Source of the DNA: a virus
Reading direction: 5' to 3' (one strand)
Virus record (IMG/VR): IMGVR_UViG_3300045988_173330
DNA length: 46,691 nt
A program made the position numbers and the translations under genes. A model generated the notes under the pieces. The model ran no database searches. It saw only the letters and a list, made by a program, of their open reading frames with translations, and had not been told where the DNA came from. Positions 41,739-46,691 of the stretch are shown one piece after another (within the stretch, counting starts at the first letter, position 1; every line of letters starts with the position of its first letter).

Positions 41739-42167
41739 ATGGACGTACAGAAAGAATTGGGAAAATGGAAGTCGGAATATGTAAAATGCAATACTCCGGA
41801 GGAATTGGCCGACCATAAAAAACGTTTCAGGGCTTTTCTGCAGACGCTTTCACCGGAGGATAAAAAAGCGTTTGCGCAAGCATTCCAAGATGGTGCCAGG
41901 CAATCAATCAATGAAGCCCAAGCCATTGTGAAAACAGTAGAAATCAGGCAGACCTTAGAAAAAGTATTGCCTTTCGCTTCTATGTCGTATATTGCCCAGC
42001 ACTATTTTGGCAGAACACGCCAATGGCTATATCAACGGATTAACGGAAGTGCGGTAAACGGCAAACCAGCCAACTTCACCGCTGATGAACTGAATACTCT
42101 ATCTTTAGCTCTATCTGAGCTTGGCGACATAATGAAAGATACTTCTCGGTCTATCGCGAGGCCGTAA
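41739..42167 (+). CDS. DUF5053-family protein
   Basis: 142 aa. RQWLYQRINGSAVNGKPANFTADELNTL matches the conserved core of this Bacteroidota phage-associated family, as I recall it. Confidence 0.7.
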   Translation: MDVQKELGKWKSEYVKCNTPEELADHKKRFRAFLQTLSPEDKKAFAQAFQDGARQSINEAQAIVKTVEIRQTLEKVLPFASMSYIAQHYFGRTRQWLYQRINGSAVNGKPANFTADELNTLSLALSELGDIMKDTSRSIARP

Positions 42168-42185
42168 GGTTTTTAATGACAGAGG

Positions 42186-42212
42186 GGCTTCCACGGGTTG
42201 GAAGCCTTTTTT
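42186..42212 (+). terminator. Intrinsic terminator; marks the core/right-arm boundary
   Basis: GGCTTCCA / TGGAAGCC stem, loop CGGGT, then TTTTTT. Confidence 0.85.
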
Positions 42213-42270
42213 ATTTCATTATTCAAATAATCATGAATTAAATTTAGAATAAAAAGTTTTTTTATTTTGT

Positions 42271-42278
42271 TAAGTTTG
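42271..42278 (+). promoter_or_regulatory. -7 promoter box TAAGTTTG
   Basis: Exact TAnnTTTG, about 134 nt upstream of the ATG at 42412. The leader contains ATGAATTAAAT twice and the hairpin AACCCA-taagat-TGGGTT. Confidence 0.45.
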
Positions 42279-42411
42279 ATAAAATCACTATTTTAGCAAC
42301 GCCAAAAAATGAATTAAATGAATCCTTTTCCATAGTGTAACCCATAAGATTGGGTTCAGGTTTATTCATTCCTGTAGGCGCACTATAGTGAAGGATTCGC
42401 CATTTAATATT

Positions 42412-43815
42412 ATGACAAACAAAAAATACAAATCTATCAGTATTTCTAATTTAATTATAAATCCAGATAATGATCGTTTTGAGTCTGTTGAGAATGAAAA
42501 GCAGGCTATAGACATAATGCTAACAAAATTAGGAGACAAAATTTATTATATTGCGATACATATTTTAGAGAATGGGTTGTCTCCCAAGCCATTTTATGTT
42601 ATGCCATCAAAGAAATCTAACAAGAAATTTCTTGTAAAGGAAGGAAACAGAAGAACCACAGCATTAAAATTGATGGCTAACCCTAAGTTAATTGATTCTA
42701 AAAAACATGCTTCATTAAAGAATCGTTTTTTTAAGCTGCATGAAAGATTTATGGAAACTCCGATTAGAAAAATAATGTGCTATATTTATGATGATGTAGA
42801 AGAGGCAGATAAATGGGTTCGATTAGAACATACAGGAGAACAGAATGGAGTTGGTATAGTTGAGTGGAAACCAGAGCAAGTACAGAGATTTGATATAAAA
42901 CATGGAAAAAATAAGTCTGTAGAAATACAAGCTATTGATTTCATACGAACATCTCCTTTCGTACAAGAAGAAGTAAAGAGGGCTTCCGAAAACATTAAAC
43001 TCACAAATTTTGCTCGTTTATTAGGAGATAAAAGTGTTCGGGAAATTTTGGGTTTAAAGTATATAAATTCTAAATTAAGTTCTAATCTTGAAGAAGAAGA
43101 AATAGCTAAGGCCTTAGGGCAAATTATTTTAGATTTGTCTGATAAAGATTTTAAGGTTAGTTCTATATATAATGCCAAGCAAAGAAAAGATTATATTCAA
43201 GGCTTAGGAGAAAAACTGCCTGATAAAAATAAGACAATAGGAGAAGTTTGGAGGTTGGATAATCCATTAGAACAAATTCCTAATTTGGAAGAAGAAGATA
43301 ATACAGCAAAGAATGAGGGAAGTGATTTGCATTCTAAGGGACATTTAAAGAAGTCTATTCCGACCCAACGTAAAACTCTTATACCCAATAATTGTATTAT
43401 TAGGATTTCCAATCCAAAAGCAAATAAAATTTATGATGAATTGAAAAAAATAGATGTTCGAAGTTTTGTTAATTGTGCAGCTGTCACTTTGAGAGTTTTT
43501 TTAGAATTAAGTGTAGATACTTTCATTGAAAAAAAAGGATTACTTAAAGAAGGAGAAATTTCGGCTTCCAATTCTTCAAGAAGTTTGTATCAGAAGGTTA
43601 ATGATGCTAGTCAATACTTATATAAAGAGAAAATTGCAGATGAAACAATATTAAAAGCTGTAAAATTATTAACCAAAGAACGTAATTCTATTTGGGGAGT
43701 GGATACAATGAATGCTTATGTACATAGTAACAAACTTTCCCCTGTGCCAATAGATATTCAAACAACTTGGGATAATATTCAGGATTTTATGGTAATCTTG
43801 GAATATCTTTTTTAG
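42412..43815 (+). CDS. ParB/Srx-fold (ParB-N or DUF262-like) N-terminal domain protein with an unassigned C-terminal domain
   Basis: ATG at 42412 preferred over the GTG at 42388. ISISNLIINPDNDRFE ... VKEGNRRTTALKLM resembles the ParB-N / DGQQR-type motif. About 467 aa. Confidence 0.6.
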   Translation: MTNKKYKSISISNLIINPDNDRFESVENEKQAIDIMLTKLGDKIYYIAIHILENGLSPKPFYVMPSKKSNKKFLVKEGNRRTTALKLMANPKLIDSKKHASLKNRFFKLHERFMETPIRKIMCYIYDDVEEADKWVRLEHTGEQNGVGIVEWKPEQVQRFDIKHGKNKSVEIQAIDFIRTSPFVQEEVKRASENIKLTNFARLLGDKSVREILGLKYINSKLSSNLEEEEIAKALGQIILDLSDKDFKVSSIYNAKQRKDYIQGLGEKLPDKNKTIGEVWRLDNPLEQIPNLEEEDNTAKNEGSDLHSKGHLKKSIPTQRKTLIPNNCIIRISNPKANKIYDELKKIDVRSFVNCAAVTLRVFLELSVDTFIEKKGLLKEGEISASNSSRSLYQKVNDASQYLYKEKIADETILKAVKLLTKERNSIWGVDTMNAYVHSNKLSPVPIDIQTTWDNIQDFMVILEYLF

Positions 43816-43983
43816 TGCCTTATACAAAGGACTTTGGGAGAATTACCCAATTTTGAGGTAATGACTTGGCAACTGTGCAATCTGCTGCGTTATACCTTGA
43901 ATTGCTTTCAAGTAACTCGTTTCCGTGTACAAAAATAATAGAATAGTCCGATGCACACAAGGTACATCAAAGAAAAAGTTCGA

Positions 43984-46599
43984 CTATTTGTTTAGTTTGT
44001 TTAATCGCATTACAATTGAAGTTTGACTTCTACCCATTTTGTTTGCAATATATTTGACACTCTTACCTTCATTGTGCAGTTTCAATAAAAATTGGTCTGC
44101 ACTTCTTGTCCATCTTTTATTGGCGTTAGGGTGCTTTACATAGCTTTCTTCTGACACCTTTTCGGGGTGCAAGAATTCATCCACAAATACAGACGGGAAA
44201 CGCTTATCGTATAATACAAGCGTTTTTACCTTAGCCCTTGTTATTGCAACATAGAATAATCTTCTTTCTTCTCCGTATGGGAATTGGTCGCTCTTAGTGA
44301 GCACATAGTTAAGCACAGGGTCGTTACTCACCTGTGATGGGAAACCGTATGTATCTTTATTGCATTGTAAGAGTATTACATAATCCGCTTCAAGACCTTT
44401 TGACTTATGTACGGTTAAAAACTCTATTTTTCGTCCTCCTATCACATAGTAGAATCTATTACCCTCTTTAATTGATTGGTACATAAAAGAGAGGTAGTAA
44501 TCATCAAAAGAGTAACGCCCCAATAGGAATATTGATTTATCCGATGGAATAGAAGCCACAAGTTGCCCTATCGTATTGCAGTAATCTCGTCTATCATAAG
44601 TATAGAATTCCAACTCGGTTCTCATTTCTGAGCTGAACGAATGGATACTCTTTTGTATTTGGGCTTTATTGCGTTGTATAAAGTTCGACGATAAAGAAAC
44701 CAAAGGCTCTCCAAACCTGTATGTAGTTTCAATCTTGTTTATCTCCGTTGCTCCAAAATATTCGGGGAATTGATTGAATAGAGCCATATCACTTCCCGAA
44801 AAACGATAAATAGACTGCCAATCATCACCCACACAATACAACTTTGCAGGAGGATTACCCTCTCGCAATACTTTCAAGAAGTTGTAACGGTCAACAGAAA
44901 TATCTTGAAACTCATCCACTATGATATAATCATATTCAACAGGGTGTGAAGTACGACATATCTCAGTGGCTTGAAGAATAGCATCGGTAAAATCAATTTG
45001 GTTACTATCGCTTAACGCATTTATGTAGCGTTCATATACAGGTTGAAATATATTCTTGATGATAAACACACTTCGTTCATCATCTGCATTTTTGGCTTGT
45101 TTCAAAACCTCTTTAACTGATTTACAACTTGATTTTACCAATGTAACGAAAGTAACAACAAGTCGTATAAACGCCTTTTCCTGCTTGCTGCCTTTGGGTA
45201 GTACTAAATCGTATAACTCCTCATCGGTCTTTTCTTGAATTGGTACACCTGCTTCAGCTAATAGTTTACGAAGTTTATCCCTAATATCAGAATAATGGAA
45301 ATCTGCACTTGATGTCACTAAAAGTTGTGTACCAAATTTCTCGTGAGCCGCTTTTTTCCAAGTTATACCATCATTGTATTTCTGATAGGCTTCTTCGTAG
45401 GTTATACCCTTGTCTTTTGCGAACCAAGCAGGAACAAGTCCGTGTTCATCAACTCCGAAATGTTCAAGATAGATGCGTTTGGTTACTCCTTCTTGCTTAA
45501 AATATATTGAGAAGTCGGGACGATATTGTGAGTGCATCTCATCTGCTAATTGATGTTCGTATGGTTCTTCATATCTGAATTTCACTCCCAGCGAGGACAA
45601 AGCAAAACATATTTTTTGTTCTTGTTCACTTCTCACATATATGGCTCTGCCGTCCATATCGGGGAACATCGCCTTTAGCTGCACATTCTTTTGCTCTGAT
45701 AATTGCTCTCGTCTTTCATTCTTGCGTTGTTCCCAATCGGCTTCATTCGTTTGGTAATCAATGAAGTATTCCACTATACTTTTCTTGAAAGACGATTTAT
45801 CTAATAATTTGTGATATATATCAACAAACAATGAATCTGTATTGTCGCAAATCGATGGTTTTGTGCCTGTTGTTTTGCCTATAATATCAATGGCTAACTT
45901 ATGGAATGTGTAACCTTTCAATCCATTGGTCGCCATTCTTTCGGTTAGTTCGGCTGCTGCTTTGTTCGTGTAACTGATTAGTAATATTTTATGAGGTGCA
46001 ATGCCTTTTACTTCCGTCAAGTATTTGACTTTTCCCACAATAGAAGAGGTCTTTCCGCTACCTGCACTACTAACGACCAAGCAATTATCTTCCTCTGAAA
46101 CGATTGAACGTCTTTGTTGCATGTCTAATGGATATTTTAGACAATGGTCGAAAAAATCTTTATGAGCGTCAAGCAAAAATGTGATAACGCCCTCATTATG
46201 CTGTTTTACAAGTTTATTGATGGCTCCAAAATCATTGATGAATTTGGAAATGTTTTCAGATGGAGTGATTTTAAAGGCTTCAAGTTTCTTCAAAAGAGAA
46301 TATGCCTCTTGAAAATGTGATTTGTAATGATTTATAAAATCTTGTTCTTGCGTTGCAGAGATTATCTTGCCATAAAAGCCATTGTTCAAGTCGGTAGGAA
46401 TATCTATAAACTCTTTCTCATTGAGAGTAGATAATCTATCTTTTGCTTGCTCATAGTTTGATTTCTCGCTATATGAAGATATCTGACTGAACTTTTCTGA
46501 AAGTGCATTGACTTGTTTTTTTAGGCGTATTCGTACCATTGCCATCACGATAACCGAAATCGCAATTATACAAATCATCATAATAAACAATGGCTGCAT
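43984..46599 (-). CDS. Membrane-anchored SF1 (UvrD/helicase IV-like) helicase with an inserted Vsr/DUF559-like PD-(D/E)xK module and a C-terminal HTH
   Basis: 871 aa. N-terminal TM helix LFIMMICIIAISVIVMAMV. Motif I SSAGSGKTSSIVGKV, motif II IIVDEFQDIS, and late motifs TVHKSKGLEADYV and LFYVAITRAK. Nuclease-like YRPDFSIYF...IYLEHFG. C-terminal WTRSADQFLLKLHNEGKSVKYIANKMGRSQTSIVMRL. Confidence 0.85.
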   Translation of the reverse strand: MQPLFIMMICIIAISVIVMAMVRIRLKKQVNALSEKFSQISSYSEKSNYEQAKDRLSTLNEKEFIDIPTDLNNGFYGKIISATQEQDFINHYKSHFQEAYSLLKKLEAFKITPSENISKFINDFGAINKLVKQHNEGVITFLLDAHKDFFDHCLKYPLDMQQRRSIVSEEDNCLVVSSAGSGKTSSIVGKVKYLTEVKGIAPHKILLISYTNKAAAELTERMATNGLKGYTFHKLAIDIIGKTTGTKPSICDNTDSLFVDIYHKLLDKSSFKKSIVEYFIDYQTNEADWEQRKNERREQLSEQKNVQLKAMFPDMDGRAIYVRSEQEQKICFALSSLGVKFRYEEPYEHQLADEMHSQYRPDFSIYFKQEGVTKRIYLEHFGVDEHGLVPAWFAKDKGITYEEAYQKYNDGITWKKAAHEKFGTQLLVTSSADFHYSDIRDKLRKLLAEAGVPIQEKTDEELYDLVLPKGSKQEKAFIRLVVTFVTLVKSSCKSVKEVLKQAKNADDERSVFIIKNIFQPVYERYINALSDSNQIDFTDAILQATEICRTSHPVEYDYIIVDEFQDISVDRYNFLKVLREGNPPAKLYCVGDDWQSIYRFSGSDMALFNQFPEYFGATEINKIETTYRFGEPLVSLSSNFIQRNKAQIQKSIHSFSSEMRTELEFYTYDRRDYCNTIGQLVASIPSDKSIFLLGRYSFDDYYLSFMYQSIKEGNRFYYVIGGRKIEFLTVHKSKGLEADYVILLQCNKDTYGFPSQVSNDPVLNYVLTKSDQFPYGEERRLFYVAITRAKVKTLVLYDKRFPSVFVDEFLHPEKVSEESYVKHPNANKRWTRSADQFLLKLHNEGKSVKYIANKMGRSQTSIVMRLNKLNK

Positions 46600-46636
46600 A
46601 TTAGAAGTAATATTTATCTGAATCTTTCAATCCATC

Positions 46637-46691
46637 TGGAAAATCCAGTGTAAGCTGCCCCCTAAAACCAAGCGATTCTGCCCCCTTAAAA
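46637..46691. repeat. Right terminal inverted repeat (55 bp)
   Basis: tggaaaatccagtgtaagctgccccctaaaaccaagcgattctgcccccttaaaa is the exact reverse complement of 1-55. Confidence 0.97.

Larger units (their letters stand above)
1..46691. mobile_element. Tailed temperate-type phage / prophage-like element bounded exactly by 55-bp inverted repeats
   Basis: Contiguous + strand modules for replication, head, packaging, lysis and tail, plus CI-type and XRE-type repressors. The window ends are reverse complements of each other. Repeated TAnnTTTG -7 boxes suggest a Bacteroidota host. Confidence 0.8.

Noticed and set aside
1-46691. CRISPR arrays, tRNA/tmRNA/rRNA genes.
   Set aside because: I saw no regularly spaced direct repeats with unique spacers, no T-arm-like GGTTCGAnnCC motifs in the intergenic regions I read, and no rRNA-like segments. 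A tRNAscan/Infernal run is still advisable.

Overview
The window reads as one complete tailed, temperate-type phage or prophage-like element of a Bacteroidota host. Recurrent TAnnTTTG -7 promoter boxes and a DUF5053-type protein support that host assignment. The two window ends are exact reverse complements over 55 bp (1-55 and 46637-46691), and each end is built from two tandem ~23-bp units (TTTTA(A)GGGGGCAG...TGG).

Layout:
- **G+C-rich core (~4.5-42.2 kb), almost entirely on the + strand.** It carries an XRE repressor with a divergent early operon, a LuxR-type regulator, and a zf-CHC2/Toprim/P-loop primase-helicase followed by an iteron-rich ori-like region. Head and packaging genes follow: ClpP-like protease/scaffold, capsid, an HKD/PLD-like nuclease, and large terminase.
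- **Accessory block in the core.** An ~830-bp ORF-free, hairpin-dense gap is followed by a ComF-like PRTase, a RadC/JAB protein, a DUF4160 + DUF2442-HTH pair and four small coupled ORFs.
- **Lysis and tail genes.** These are a holin, structural genes, two beta-helix fibre/depolymerase proteins, a GH108 endolysin, a tape measure protein and a distal tail protein.
- **Two strongly AT-rich arms next to the inverted repeats, both transcribed inward.** The left arm is a CI/S24 repressor, an EVE-like/PD-(D/E)xK nuclease, a YbjQ-SHOCT protein and a small TM protein. The right arm is a ParB/DUF262-like protein convergent with a TM + Vsr-like nuclease + SF1 helicase + HTH protein.

I could not recognise any integrase, DDE transposase, protelomerase or protein-primed polymerase, so the end biology is unexplained. 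That is the main lead. The secondary leads are the two defence-like arm cassettes, a three-copy mutually exclusive pairing switch at 22.2-22.5 kb, and the candidate structured-RNA region at 19.3-20.1 kb. I found no tRNA, rRNA, CRISPR array or reverse transcriptase. All functional calls rest on motifs read by eye and need profile searches.
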